In this document: piece by piece, positions 1-10,175 of the stretch
Position numbering within the stretch: position 1 is the first letter of the stretch
Layout: every line of letters starts with the position of its first letter
Made by a program: the position numbers and the translations under genes
Assembly (NCBI GenBank): GCA_964408175.1
Contig: CAYOYL010000238.1
Coordinates: forward strand, 1-56,273
Length of the DNA stretch: 56,273 bases
Origin: an uncultured bacterium
GTDB lineage: Bacteria > Ratteibacteria > UBA8468 > B48-G9 > JAFGKM01
Direction of reading: 5' to 3'
Notes under the pieces: generated by a model
Told to the model about the DNA's origin: nothing
Seen by the model: only the letters and a program-made list of their open reading frames with translations
Databases searched by the model: none

Positions 1-224
1 GCCGTAGTTCTTACCTGTGCTGAAGCCAAAGCCCGAAGGGCTGTTTCGAGCACGGAAACTGCTTTCTTTCCTCTGCATTTCCTTATGTCGGAATTTCAGT
101 AAAAGCCTTATTTAAAACCGAGTTCTTCACATAAGTGTGGAGAAGTTTATGGACAGCAGGTAGTTTCGCTTTCATCAGGATTGAGTGAATTTTTATGAGG
201 ATGGGATAATTTATTGCGTCTGTA

Positions 225-2255
225 TTAGTGGGAAGAGAGTTTTTTTGCTGAAAGTTCGTATAGTTGTGAACCGGGATACTTTTCCATTACCATTTTGTAA
301 AAATCCGAAGCCTTCTTTTTGTCTCCAATTCCTTCCCATGATTCGCCGATTAGATATAGAGCCCAGCCAAAATAAGGGTTTGTTTCTTTATCTCTAAATA
401 TTCCGGTGAATATTTCAAGTTCTCTCAGCGCTTTCTTATAGTCCTTTTTGACAATAAAGGTTCTTGCCATAAGAATAGACCACTGTCCCCCAAGTTTGAC
501 AGAAGGTATTTCATCAGCCCATAGCAGAAGTTTTTCAAGAGATGCAGAAAAATCCTTCAGTCTGAGATAATAAAGTACTGATTGTGCGTATGCACCTGAC
601 CTTTCTTCAATATTTTTCTCTTTGGTAAACTTTTCATAAATAGCAGAGGCTTTTGCATAATCCCCATTTACTCTTTGTATATCACCAAGTCCTATCTCTG
701 CTTTTCTCCTCAACTCTTCAGATGTCCCTTTTGTCTGAAGAATCTTGTTGTACTGGGCATCTGCTTCAGATAACCTTCCAGTTTCAAGGTAAAGATTTCC
801 CATCTTCAGTGTCACCTCAGGGACAATCTTACCTTCTGTAAGTTCTTTGTAGACTTTTTCAGCGTAGTTATAGTCTGATGTTTTTTCTGCAAGGCTTGCT
901 GAAATGATGGAAGTCCTGTATTTATTATCCGGATTAAGATTTCTGCTCTTCAATACCCTGTATACCTTGTAGGCATCCTCTATCCTGTTATAACTTTCAT
1001 ACAGTTCTGCAAGTACAAACAATTCTTCATTCCCGAGACTGCTGTGTTTTAAACCCTGGAATTCTTCAATGTACTGCTGATATGTTTTCGGAGGCAGATT
1101 TATTATAGAATAGTCCTGTTCCACAGCCACCTGCAGGATTATTTCGTCACCATTATTCTTTTTGTCTTTTATTTTGAGTGATACGGGATATGTCCCCTTT
1201 TTAAGATATGTGTGATGCACTTCTTTACCCTCGGCTGACTGTCCATCTCCAAAAGACCATATCCTTTCACTTATTTCCGTATCCGAAAAGGACGCGTCAA
1301 AAAATCTGAAGGTGAGAAGTTCCCATCGTTCTCTTCTCAAATAGTTTGTATTTTCCCATCCGAATCCCGCAGTAATATTTTTGTTAATTTTTTCTGTTTT
1401 AACGGTTTTGGGACTGATGACAGGAAGAAAAAAAACATTAGGGATGACGTTAAATTTGTTTCCCCCAGTCTCCTGTTTTATAGCAGCAACAGATATTTCC
1501 TGATATCTTCTGCCAATATGATAATATGTAAGTTTGTGCAGACCCTTTTTCAGGTTGGCGGTTCCTGTATGTTCTGGTCTAACAAATGGTTCAGCCGGGT
1601 GCCAGCCAGGCCATGAGGCTACAATTTTTTCGTCTATCAGAAGATAGGAAGGTCCTGCGGAACTTGTTCCGAATGTAAAGCCTCGCTCTTTCCCCACGTA
1701 AAAATAGCCGTTATAAATTTTTACAACGTCGGGCTGCGGGCCGAATGGATTTGTACCATCCCAGATTTTTTCACGAAATCCTCTGCCTATCAGACTGCCT
1801 TTTTTACTTTTTTCAATCAATGCCTTAACACCTTCAACACTTCTGATATCGTCTCCCTGTTTTTTATAAACCTCCAGCAGGAGTCCCCTTTGAGGATGCC
1901 AGTTGTAATCTATCTTTTTTGCTTCAGGGTTTCCGTAGTATACGAGGTATCTGGACTCTTCAGCGGGAAAACTTATCTGGTATCTGTTACCGGGGCCGGC
2001 TGACACTATAAAAAAGGGTACTTCTTTCCCAGTCTGGGCAAAGACCCTTATATCCGAGCCGTCTTTTTTAGATACCCTTCCAAAAAAATCAAGCAGAACA
2101 ACATTTTCTATGGGGTGGTCTCGTTTCACAGCAGGGAGTTCTATTATTTTCCTGTATTCCCATCCTTCCAGCCATTTATTTGTTTCTGCCAGAGATGGTC
2201 CACAAAACAACAGATTCAGAGTAAATAGCAGTGGAAGATATCCTTTCCTTTTCAT
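225..2255 (-). CDS. Secreted multidomain protein (DUF2341-like N-terminus, PKD domain, C-terminal TPR-like repeats); last gene of the MoxR/Bat-like operon
   Basis: 676-aa ORF. Signal peptide MKRKGYLPLLFTLNLLFCGPSLA. WLEGWEYRKIIELP...GSDIRVF resembles DUF2341. WSFGDGQSAEGKEVHHTYLKKGTYPVSLKIKD is a PKD signature. The C-terminal ~270 aa is helical and TPR-like. ATGA start/stop overlap with the upstream gene at 2252-2255. Confidence 0.75.
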   Translation of the reverse strand: MKRKGYLPLLFTLNLLFCGPSLAETNKWLEGWEYRKIIELPAVKRDHPIENVVLLDFFGRVSKKDGSDIRVFAQTGKEVPFFIVSAGPGNRYQISFPAEESRYLVYYGNPEAKKIDYNWHPQRGLLLEVYKKQGDDIRSVEGVKALIEKSKKGSLIGRGFREKIWDGTNPFGPQPDVVKIYNGYFYVGKERGFTFGTSSAGPSYLLIDEKIVASWPGWHPAEPFVRPEHTGTANLKKGLHKLTYYHIGRRYQEISVAAIKQETGGNKFNVIPNVFFLPVISPKTVKTEKINKNITAGFGWENTNYLRRERWELLTFRFFDASFSDTEISERIWSFGDGQSAEGKEVHHTYLKKGTYPVSLKIKDKKNNGDEIILQVAVEQDYSIINLPPKTYQQYIEEFQGLKHSSLGNEELFVLAELYESYNRIEDAYKVYRVLKSRNLNPDNKYRTSIISASLAEKTSDYNYAEKVYKELTEGKIVPEVTLKMGNLYLETGRLSEADAQYNKILQTKGTSEELRRKAEIGLGDIQRVNGDYAKASAIYEKFTKEKNIEERSGAYAQSVLYYLRLKDFSASLEKLLLWADEIPSVKLGGQWSILMARTFIVKKDYKKALRELEIFTGIFRDKETNPYFGWALYLIGESWEGIGDKKKASDFYKMVMEKYPGSQLYELSAKKLSSH

Positions 2256-3184
2256 TTTTTATTCAGGTTTATACTTTCAAAATATACTGTCCCTGCCTTG
2301 AGATATGAATAGAGTTTTATCCTCACCCACCTTACCTCAGGTTTTTTAAAAACCACATCAAATGTATCCTCCTGCCATTCATTTTCAGATGTCACAAAAC
2401 ATTCATTTCTTTCAATGCGTCTTTTTCTTCCATTGACCAGTCCCCATCCTTCAACGAATATAATAACCTTAGGTCCGTTACTCTTCAGTCTGACAGAGAT
2501 ATTGAGTTCTGCAGGGGCTTCAATTTTATGAAAAAGTGAATAGACCCATAACCCTTCACCTTCGGCTGTCTTTTTGTTCAGGTTGAAGACAAGTAGATGT
2601 TTTTCTCTATCCCAGATGGTTTTTTTGTCATGTAATTTCCAGCCGTAGATATAATCCTTTCCTTGTGAGAAATCGGGATTTACTATGACGGCCTCATTAC
2701 TTTTTTTACCTTCGGATTTTTTTACATCAAAGGCAACCTCGTTTGATACATACTGCTGATATTGAAGTTTTATCCTGAACTCTCCTGGGAGACTGAGCGG
2801 ATAGTAGTAATAAGGAAAAGGGACCTTCCATGAAATTTTTTGTCCTTTTTTTATAAGAACCGGAAGGATGCCGGGTTTTGGCTCGGGCGGCATGTGATTT
2901 GTAAATCTATCAACCAAATCGTCATTAAACCTGACAGTCAGGAGGAAGGTTCCTCCTGTAAATATAAAGGTGTTTTCAACAGGTTGCAGATACTGTATCT
3001 CTATCTGTTTATCTTCGTCAGAAACATTTTCAATGACAAGAGAAAGAATGATTTCCTCCTCTTCATAATAAGAACCCTTTTCTGTTGAGAGATAAAGAGA
3101 AAGGTTATTGTCACCAAAGCATGTGGTGAAATAAATTAATAAAGGGGAAAACAGCAGCAAAGAAAACAGATTTTTACGTTTCAT
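2252..3184 (-). CDS. Secreted hypothetical protein (beta-rich, no recognised catalytic motif), operon member
   Basis: 310-aa ORF with an N-terminal hydrophobic signal (MKRKNLFSLLLFSPLLIYFTTCFG). ATGA overlaps at both ends (2252-2255 and 3181-3184) indicate translational coupling. Confidence 0.7.
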   Translation of the reverse strand: MKRKNLFSLLLFSPLLIYFTTCFGDNNLSLYLSTEKGSYYEEEEIILSLVIENVSDEDKQIEIQYLQPVENTFIFTGGTFLLTVRFNDDLVDRFTNHMPPEPKPGILPVLIKKGQKISWKVPFPYYYYPLSLPGEFRIKLQYQQYVSNEVAFDVKKSEGKKSNEAVIVNPDFSQGKDYIYGWKLHDKKTIWDREKHLLVFNLNKKTAEGEGLWVYSLFHKIEAPAELNISVRLKSNGPKVIIFVEGWGLVNGRKRRIERNECFVTSENEWQEDTFDVVFKKPEVRWVRIKLYSYLKAGTVYFESINLNKK

Positions 3185-5931
3185 TTTCGCTGGGAAATCT
3201 CGCGGTAATATCTTCTTACCATGTTTTCATATCCGATAGGTATCTTTTCATCCCACAGACTGCCCATCTCTATTTTGCTGCGTGCTGCTCTTTCGGTACT
3301 CTCCACTCTTAAAATCTTTCTATTTGTGAAAAACTGGTCTGCCTGCCGCAGATGAGATATAATTCTTTGTTTTTCAGTTAAAATCTCCTTATACCTGCCT
3401 TCCTTCAGACTAACCTGAAACTCCTGCATTCTTCCCAGGGCTTTTTCAACCTCAGGATTATAGATGTTCATAACCTGCATGTTTCTTATGAGACTCTCAG
3501 TTTTTTCTATCAACTCCTGTTGTTTTTTTGAAAGCAGGTCGTACCTGAAGGTAATATCCTGTACAGGGCCTGTCAGCCCTTCCGCCCCCAATCCGCTTGC
3601 TTTTCCACCGCCTGTAGGGCCAAAGGGTTGTTCTCCGCTTGTATCCTGTATCTCTCCAGGCTCTAAGTTGTCAGGGGTAAGTCTTGCTGGAGTTTTCCTT
3701 CCTCCTTTCCCCGTGGCTGTTTTCTCCACCATTTCGCCGTAAGAACGTCCTGTCCTTCCTTCCCCGCTTCTACCTCCTATTTCCTGCTGGTTGGGCATCA
3801 GATTTCCGGTAATACCCTTAGCGCTCATATTGCTTATAGGACCATCCGCAGCTCCCCATCCTGCACCTTTATCAAGGCTGTCCATCCAACTACTTGTTAT
3901 ATCTTCTATCTCTTCGCGCATGTCTTCTTCCTGTTCAATTAATTCTCCTATAATGTCTTCAAGTTCTTCTGGCAGTTCTGCCTCAGGGACCTCATAATCT
4001 TTGGAGGGTTCCTCCATATCCCACTTAATATAATCCGGATATTCTGAAAGCCATCTTTCAAGGTTAGAGGTTATTTCTTCTGCGAGTTCAAGACCTGTTT
4101 GTGATTCAGGGATTGCCAGATGAATGGCTTTTTTATTAAGGTTTTCATTGGAGAGTTGAAGATGGGAAAGCATCTCTACCAGTTCTTCTGCGAGAGTGAA
4201 TTTTCCTTTTGTCTGCGTCCCCATTTTATTCAGGTCGTCAACCATTTTTTGAAATAATTCCAGCCACTTTTGTTGAACTTCAGACATATCTTTCGCTTCT
4301 TCTCCTCCAGTCAGGTTTTTACTCTCCATGATTTTTTTTGCCGCAGCAAGGATGTTTTTTTCTTCGCCTATAAATTTCTCTATGTTGTTTTTCACAAACT
4401 CAACCTGTTTTTTGAGGGTTTCTTTATCAGGGTCACTGCCTTCGCCTCTTTTCTCACTGAATCTGTTTGATGACGGATAGATATAATAGACTGAAGAAAA
4501 TCCTGTGTTCTTAGAAGGAGAGTTGTCAGTACATTCTGCATAATATGCGAACGGTTCAGATAAATTTCCCTGTGTATGGAAAACAGTCTCTGATGAAAAT
4601 TCTCTTAACCTTTTGGAGATGGCTGTCTGGAATAAAACAGGGTCTCTCTCAGAAATCTTCCCCCTCTCAATTTGCCGCCTTATTTTAAGGGATGTGAGGC
4701 CGAAGTCGTCCATGGCTTTCACCTTAACTGTTATGGGTTTATCTGCTGTTGAAGTCAGGTCTTTACCGGGTTTTACAAACTCAATGTAGGGTGTCCTGTC
4801 AAAGGTAATGTTGAGATGCTCTTTGGATGTCTCTTTGAATTTTTTGGTCAGTGGGTCGTAATATCTGAACTGATAAAGTGTAACCTCGTCCGCATCAAAT
4901 TCAAAGGTCTTTTTATTCCCTGCCTGCCTGTTAACCAGTATCTTCCCGTTTCCAAATATCAGATAGGTATCACCTACAGTGTTATTGAAGAGTGCCTCAA
5001 GTAAAAGTTTTGTTCCATGCAGAGCAGAAATTTCACCGAAAGGTTTCTCTTCATTTTTTGTTTTTACACCTGTATATGAAGGAAATACATGGGTAAGTCT
5101 TAACTTTTTCAAAAGGGTCTGCTCTTTCACCTCTATTCTATACCAGTTTGTTGTCTTGCGCTGGCCGTATATTATCCTGTAAGAAAATCCCTGTGTAACC
5201 TCAGGTATATGGTATGAAAAAAATTGTCTTTCTTTTATAAGTTCTTCTCTTTTTACTTCCCTGTTTTTTATTTCAAGCACAGGCTCAGTATTTTCTTCCT
5301 TGGTATAGACCCTTATTGTAAGGGGGGAACCTTTTTCTATGGAGATGTTACCGGGTTCTACCCTCAGTGTAGCATCAATGTCCCGTGAAGGGACGAGGAT
5401 TCTTAAGAAACTATTTTTAAAGTTGACAGGGGATAAAAGTGCATACACACATAAAATAGATAGAGATGCCAGGGCAACCTTTTTGTAAATGACCATTTTT
5501 TTCAGGTCAAGAGAATTGGCAATGTCAGTGGTACTTAACACCTTTCTTGCGCCCTCTTTTAATCTGTTGATAAATGCCTGTGGATATGCGGTACTCTTGC
5601 TCAACTGCCATGCATTGATAAGCCGTGTATCAAAATGAGGGAATTTTTTTTCAAGGCGGATGGCAATCTTATCATATGGTGTTTTTTCCAGTACTGATAT
5701 ACTGATGTAAATCTTCAGGATTATGAATACCACAAGAATGAGAAATGCTGCCTTTATCCAAAAAATAGTGTCAACCCTGAAAATAAATAAGTTTTCAATG
5801 AAAACCACCAATAAAAGTGAAGGCAGAAATAGTGCAAGCGCGAGGAAAAAGTGCTCATTAAGAGACCTTTTTATTTCAAGTTCTCTGTAATAATCCAGAG
5901 AATTTTTTATAAAACTCAGGTTTTTGTCCAT
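3181..5931 (-). CDS. Large membrane-anchored protein, DUF4175-like, operon member
   Basis: 916-aa ORF. Two or three N-terminal TM segments (FFLALALFLPSLLLVVFIENLFIF, AAFLILVVFIILKIYISI). Acidic stretch EAELPEELEDIIGELIEQEEDMREEIEDI, followed by a Gly/Arg-rich GGRSGEGRTGRSYGE...GGGKASGLGAEGLTGP region. This arrangement is typical of the large proteins encoded next to BatA/vWA genes. The family assignment is from memory and not searched. Confidence 0.7.
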   Translation of the reverse strand: MDKNLSFIKNSLDYYRELEIKRSLNEHFFLALALFLPSLLLVVFIENLFIFRVDTIFWIKAAFLILVVFIILKIYISISVLEKTPYDKIAIRLEKKFPHFDTRLINAWQLSKSTAYPQAFINRLKEGARKVLSTTDIANSLDLKKMVIYKKVALASLSILCVYALLSPVNFKNSFLRILVPSRDIDATLRVEPGNISIEKGSPLTIRVYTKEENTEPVLEIKNREVKREELIKERQFFSYHIPEVTQGFSYRIIYGQRKTTNWYRIEVKEQTLLKKLRLTHVFPSYTGVKTKNEEKPFGEISALHGTKLLLEALFNNTVGDTYLIFGNGKILVNRQAGNKKTFEFDADEVTLYQFRYYDPLTKKFKETSKEHLNITFDRTPYIEFVKPGKDLTSTADKPITVKVKAMDDFGLTSLKIRRQIERGKISERDPVLFQTAISKRLREFSSETVFHTQGNLSEPFAYYAECTDNSPSKNTGFSSVYYIYPSSNRFSEKRGEGSDPDKETLKKQVEFVKNNIEKFIGEEKNILAAAKKIMESKNLTGGEEAKDMSEVQQKWLELFQKMVDDLNKMGTQTKGKFTLAEELVEMLSHLQLSNENLNKKAIHLAIPESQTGLELAEEITSNLERWLSEYPDYIKWDMEEPSKDYEVPEAELPEELEDIIGELIEQEEDMREEIEDITSSWMDSLDKGAGWGAADGPISNMSAKGITGNLMPNQQEIGGRSGEGRTGRSYGEMVEKTATGKGGRKTPARLTPDNLEPGEIQDTSGEQPFGPTGGGKASGLGAEGLTGPVQDITFRYDLLSKKQQELIEKTESLIRNMQVMNIYNPEVEKALGRMQEFQVSLKEGRYKEILTEKQRIISHLRQADQFFTNRKILRVESTERAARSKIEMGSLWDEKIPIGYENMVRRYYREISQRK

Positions 5932-6019
5932 TTTCCAGTTAATTTTGTAATATATTCTCTTTTAAAAGTCAAATTTATTCATTCTGCCAGAAATTTTGAT
6001 ACTGCATCCGTCAGGTGTA

Positions 6020-8143
6020 CTATAGAATCCCTGAACGGCGACGCAGATACCAGCCAAGATTCAAAATGATGAATACCAGAGGGATGAGGTATTTATTTGA
6101 ATTTTTCGTTACGGCAATATTCCTTGTTATAAATTTTTTTTCCCTTTTCAATACGCTCTCCAGTTGCTGGATGTTCTCAAAAGGTATATATGTCCCACCT
6201 GAAAGTTCGGCAATATATTTCAAAAAGAGTTCATTCCTCTTTGTCTTCCTGAATTCTTCACCGCAGTTGCTAACAAAGATTTCTTTGATATTTTTTTTAT
6301 CCCTGCTGGTTGCGGAGACCGTGTACAGTCCTTCCTGTTCTGCTTTAAAAGATATTTCTGAGGATTCTACTGGAAGGGGGATTTTCTGTTTGTCCGGTGC
6401 CGTTACAAATGCTTCAAACTTTTTGTCCTTACCTTCCTCTTCGCCTGTTTTGTAGGCGAATTCCAGATGGACCTCTTCGTTTTTACCAAAAAATTTTCTG
6501 TCTACAAGTATATCAGGGACTGTCCTGCCGACGCCTATTTCATCTATAGGTGTCCACATATATCTTATGAGCCTCCCCCAGAAAAACTGATATGCTTTTT
6601 CCCCCTTTTTATTTCCAAATTGCCATTTCCATGTACTGTCGGTTCCTACAAAAGCGCATTTGCCGCCATGCACTGTGTTTATTCCCACAAGGATTAGGGG
6701 AGGGTGGACTTCCTTAACCTCCAGAATTGGTATGGAACCTGATTTTGTAATGGTGACGTTATTAACCCGGTCGAGCGGGGGAAAGGTATGTTCTCCATTT
6801 TCAAAGACAGACAATGTCTTACCCTCTTCTGTAACTGAAGGGTAAAACTGTCTATTTAAGACGGTTCTCTCCGAACCTGTAATGAGCGATAGTGGAATTA
6901 TTTCCTCAAGAGGGGTATTTTTAAGACCCTCAGCAAAGTTTTCCCCTCCAAGCAGGAGCAGACTTTTTTTCTCGCTGTAAACGAAGTGATACAGGCTTTT
7001 TATCTGTTCCGCAGGGAAATTAGAAAGATTAATATTGCCCAGCAGAACCACGTCAAAGTTTTTAAGAAATACCGGGTCAAAAATGTTTGCAGGTGCCGTC
7101 ATCTTTTCTTTGCCTGTTTGATGGAGATGGAAATTATCGCCTACCCTTATAAGGAATACTGGAGAAAGATTAGTATTGGATTCAAGCAGCCTCTTCAGGA
7201 ATTTATACTCCCACCTTAAACTGCCTTCCACATAGAGTATTTTTATCTGTGGAGAGATAACCCTTACGAATATATTCATAGCGTTGTTTTTGATTATCTG
7301 TTCTTCTGCTGCTGGTGGAACCTCTACCTCATATACCCTCTCTCCCAGCGGTGGTGACAGAATTTCAAATTCCGCCGTTTCAGTTTCTCCTGAGAATGTA
7401 ACAGGTTTTTCCTGTATTGTTTTACCCGCCTCTTTCAGGAGGACAACTGTTCGTCTGTTGTCAAACCCTGACTGTTTTATATATACGGCGAGTCGGATAG
7501 ATTCTTCATTGTAAACAGGTGAGTTTGAAATGACCTCGGTTATGCCTATGTCTTCGGGTGGGTTTTCCCCGACACCAATTGTAAAGACAGGGACCTTAAA
7601 ACTCTCTTTAAGTTCATCAATCTTTACGGTTCTGCTTTCCTGTCCGTCAGTAAAAAGCAGGATGCCTTTATAATCGTCGCCTATCATTTTTACAGTTTTT
7701 GCCAGAGAGTCTGTGATGAGGGAGGCATTATTTTCAGGGGTCAGTTCGGGAAGATTGTTTATACCCTCTATCTTTTCAACGGTATTCCCAAAACGGTATA
7801 AAAAGATATTGTACCTTTTGAACAGGGTATCCTCTGCAATAAACTTTTTCACCATTTCGAGACGTTCCGTTCCTTTGTCTTTTTCCTGGATTCCCATACT
7901 CAGAGAGGTGTCTATAAGAAGACACAGGTTTTCCCTTTTTCTTGATGCAGTTTTTATGGAAAGTTCAGGCTGGAATATCATAGAAAGTATGATTATGGCG
8001 GACAGGGTGTTCAGCGCAAAAAATAGCATGTGCCATTTTATTATTTTTTTGTTGTATATATAGTAGATAATAAATATGGAAGCAATGAAAACGGGGAAGA
8101 TAAATATATCATTCAAAAAGTGGTTAAAACTTATTCGCAGCAT
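6020..8143 (-). CDS. Membrane protein with von Willebrand factor A (vWA) domain, BatB-like
   Basis: 707-aa ORF. N-terminal TM helices. MIDAS motif in LCLLIDTSLSM (DxSxS). C-terminal TM (YLIPLVFIILNLGWYL). Starts 1 nt after the stop of the upstream gene. Confidence 0.8.
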   Translation of the reverse strand: MLRISFNHFLNDIFIFPVFIASIFIIYYIYNKKIIKWHMLFFALNTLSAIIILSMIFQPELSIKTASRKRENLCLLIDTSLSMGIQEKDKGTERLEMVKKFIAEDTLFKRYNIFLYRFGNTVEKIEGINNLPELTPENNASLITDSLAKTVKMIGDDYKGILLFTDGQESRTVKIDELKESFKVPVFTIGVGENPPEDIGITEVISNSPVYNEESIRLAVYIKQSGFDNRRTVVLLKEAGKTIQEKPVTFSGETETAEFEILSPPLGERVYEVEVPPAAEEQIIKNNAMNIFVRVISPQIKILYVEGSLRWEYKFLKRLLESNTNLSPVFLIRVGDNFHLHQTGKEKMTAPANIFDPVFLKNFDVVLLGNINLSNFPAEQIKSLYHFVYSEKKSLLLLGGENFAEGLKNTPLEEIIPLSLITGSERTVLNRQFYPSVTEEGKTLSVFENGEHTFPPLDRVNNVTITKSGSIPILEVKEVHPPLILVGINTVHGGKCAFVGTDSTWKWQFGNKKGEKAYQFFWGRLIRYMWTPIDEIGVGRTVPDILVDRKFFGKNEEVHLEFAYKTGEEEGKDKKFEAFVTAPDKQKIPLPVESSEISFKAEQEGLYTVSATSRDKKNIKEIFVSNCGEEFRKTKRNELFLKYIAELSGGTYIPFENIQQLESVLKREKKFITRNIAVTKNSNKYLIPLVFIILNLGWYLRRRSGIL

Positions 8144-8144
8144 T

Positions 8145-10175
8145 TTATTCCTTCCCCAGTTTTTTATAGTGTAAAAGGTTACTGACCGTTATTTCGGCAA
8201 TGAATATAAGTAAAATGATATTTAACAGGCCTTGTGAAAGTTCGGAGGTCCTGCTCTTTTTGACCATGGTTTTTGTTGCTTCATCCCCCTTTAAAATTTC
8301 CACCTTTACCCCTGACATTTTTTCTCTGATTTCAGTGATACTGTTTTTTTTGAGGTCCCCTTCCTCCCAGTCAACGTTTACGGAAAGGGTTTTTTGAATA
8401 TCTCCGGTTCTGTGGTAGGTTTCAACCTTCCAGAATCCTGGTTTGTCGGCTAAAAATTCTACATCCGATGAGGAAAAATTCTTGATGGTCTGGGTCGCTC
8501 CGTCTGGAGAACAAATCTCAATCCTTTCTGCACCATCAGGGACATCTGTTTTTACTTTTTCACCGGCTGTAATTTTCTCTGATTCCCTACCAGACAGGTA
8601 GTTCAGTATACTTTCAGTCATTACAGGGAAAAATGGTCTCGTATGCAGGTTTGTCCAATCTTTATCCGTCAGAAAGGTGAAGAACAATACAGTCCCTTTC
8701 CCAACTTTTTTCTCAATTAAGAGAGGAGCCCCACTGTTTGTTTTTAGTAGAACTGTGCCTGTTATTTCTTCAACCGTGAAGAGTTGTTTAAAGGTTATTG
8801 TCTTAATATACTCAAAGATTGTCCCCCTGAACGGAGTGAAAAGAGGATGGGATGTTTCTACAAAACTTATGTTCTGTATATTTTTAAACCCAGTTTTTTC
8901 CCCCTTTATATGCCCCGGCATCAAAAAAATATTTTCTTCTTTCATCTGCCAGTCGTCGTTGAAATTTTTGTAAGTAACGCGTTCTCCCGGGAAGTATATC
9001 AAACTGCCGCCATCGTTCAAATACGAATAAATCTTTTTGACTGTCTCCTCATCTATTCTTCCGGTGTTTACGATAAAAATCGTCTGGTATTCTTTAAGGA
9101 AGAGTGCTTTTATTTCAGATGGTTTTTTATAAACTATCTCGGTTTTACCCTGTTCTGATACCACTTCTATGGCTTTTTTAACATAAAAAGAAGAATCTTC
9201 ATCTTCACTTACAAGAAGTATCTTTTTGAGGCTGCCTGTACCTTTAAATGAAAAATAAAAATGGTTATCCGTAAGGAGTATATCTTTATGGTTTATCTCG
9301 CCATATATTTTTTCGTTTTCTTCGGGTATCTCAAATATGAGAAGTTCCGTTGAACCTTCTTTTAACGTTGTGGTTTTTCTCCTTTCCCACCTATCCCCGT
9401 AGACCTTGACTTCTACATCAGATTTTTTATTTCCCCAGTTTTTTATCTCAGCCACCGCTGTATTTCTCCCGGGGATGATATACATATTCTTAAAACTGAG
9501 GTTTTCAGTATTTCCCTGAGATAGGTCAAATATGGAGAGTTTTATATCTTTTTTTTTGAGGGCATCACCTGAAAAGTTTTCCCACAAGATGTTTTGCATA
9601 TCAGTGAAAAGGAAAATTCTTTTTTCTCCTCTTCCTGTAATGCCTTCCAAACTTTTCATCGCTTTTTCAATGGCAGGTTCAAACCTTCCTGTTTGGTAAG
9701 AAGGCTCGCTTTTTTTTATGGCTTCCGCTGTTTCAGCATAGTTATGAGAGAATGGATGTTGTTTACCGCTCAGGTAGATAAGAGAAACCCTTGAAGGTTT
9801 TTTGATAAATGAAAGGACTTCAACAGATGCCTTTTTAAGACTTTCAAAAGAGGAAAGTCCTGTCTCTGAAGCGTTCATACTGAATGAATCATCCATGATA
9901 AAAATGATAAACTGTTCCTTCAGAAAAGGTGACCTGTTTTTTGAAACAGGACCTGCAAGTATCATTATCAAAAGGGTAAGAAGTAATGTCCTGAGCAGTA
10001 AGATAAGTATCTCCTCAAGTTTTCGTATCCTACCTGTTTGTGACTGTGAAATTTTTAGAAATCTAACCGTAGGAAAATTTACGATTTTCCCCTTTTTTTT
10101 CCCAAAAAGATGTATCAGTAAAGGGACGGAAATACCTGCCAGTGCCCACAGATAAAAAGGATATAGAAAGCTCAT
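8145..10175 (-). CDS. BatA N-terminal-domain / vWA-domain membrane protein
   Basis: 676-aa ORF. The N-terminus MSFLYPFYLWALAGISVPLLIHLFGKKK matches the aerotolerance-regulator (BatA) N-terminal domain pattern. MIDAS-like FIIFIMDDSFSM. C-terminal TM. Abuts the DUF58 gene (10175/10176). Confidence 0.85.
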   Translation of the reverse strand: MSFLYPFYLWALAGISVPLLIHLFGKKKGKIVNFPTVRFLKISQSQTGRIRKLEEILILLLRTLLLTLLIMILAGPVSKNRSPFLKEQFIIFIMDDSFSMNASETGLSSFESLKKASVEVLSFIKKPSRVSLIYLSGKQHPFSHNYAETAEAIKKSEPSYQTGRFEPAIEKAMKSLEGITGRGEKRIFLFTDMQNILWENFSGDALKKKDIKLSIFDLSQGNTENLSFKNMYIIPGRNTAVAEIKNWGNKKSDVEVKVYGDRWERRKTTTLKEGSTELLIFEIPEENEKIYGEINHKDILLTDNHFYFSFKGTGSLKKILLVSEDEDSSFYVKKAIEVVSEQGKTEIVYKKPSEIKALFLKEYQTIFIVNTGRIDEETVKKIYSYLNDGGSLIYFPGERVTYKNFNDDWQMKEENIFLMPGHIKGEKTGFKNIQNISFVETSHPLFTPFRGTIFEYIKTITFKQLFTVEEITGTVLLKTNSGAPLLIEKKVGKGTVLFFTFLTDKDWTNLHTRPFFPVMTESILNYLSGRESEKITAGEKVKTDVPDGAERIEICSPDGATQTIKNFSSSDVEFLADKPGFWKVETYHRTGDIQKTLSVNVDWEEGDLKKNSITEIREKMSGVKVEILKGDEATKTMVKKSRTSELSQGLLNIILLIFIAEITVSNLLHYKKLGKE

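Noticed and set aside
1-78. A possible minus-strand gene start at the left edge (ATG at 78-76, MQRKESSFRARNSPSGFGFSTGKNYG..., running off the edge).
   Set aside because: Only 26 codons are visible, there is no proper SD spacing, and an open frame of that length is expected by chance. A small hairpin (AGCCC-GAA-GGGCT, 28-40) inside it could equally be a weak operon terminator. The sequence is too short to call.
6015-6455. A 146-aa plus-strand ORF.
   Set aside because: It is antisense to the C-terminal part of the vWA membrane protein within a tightly coupled minus-strand operon. It has a hydrophobic shadow-frame composition.
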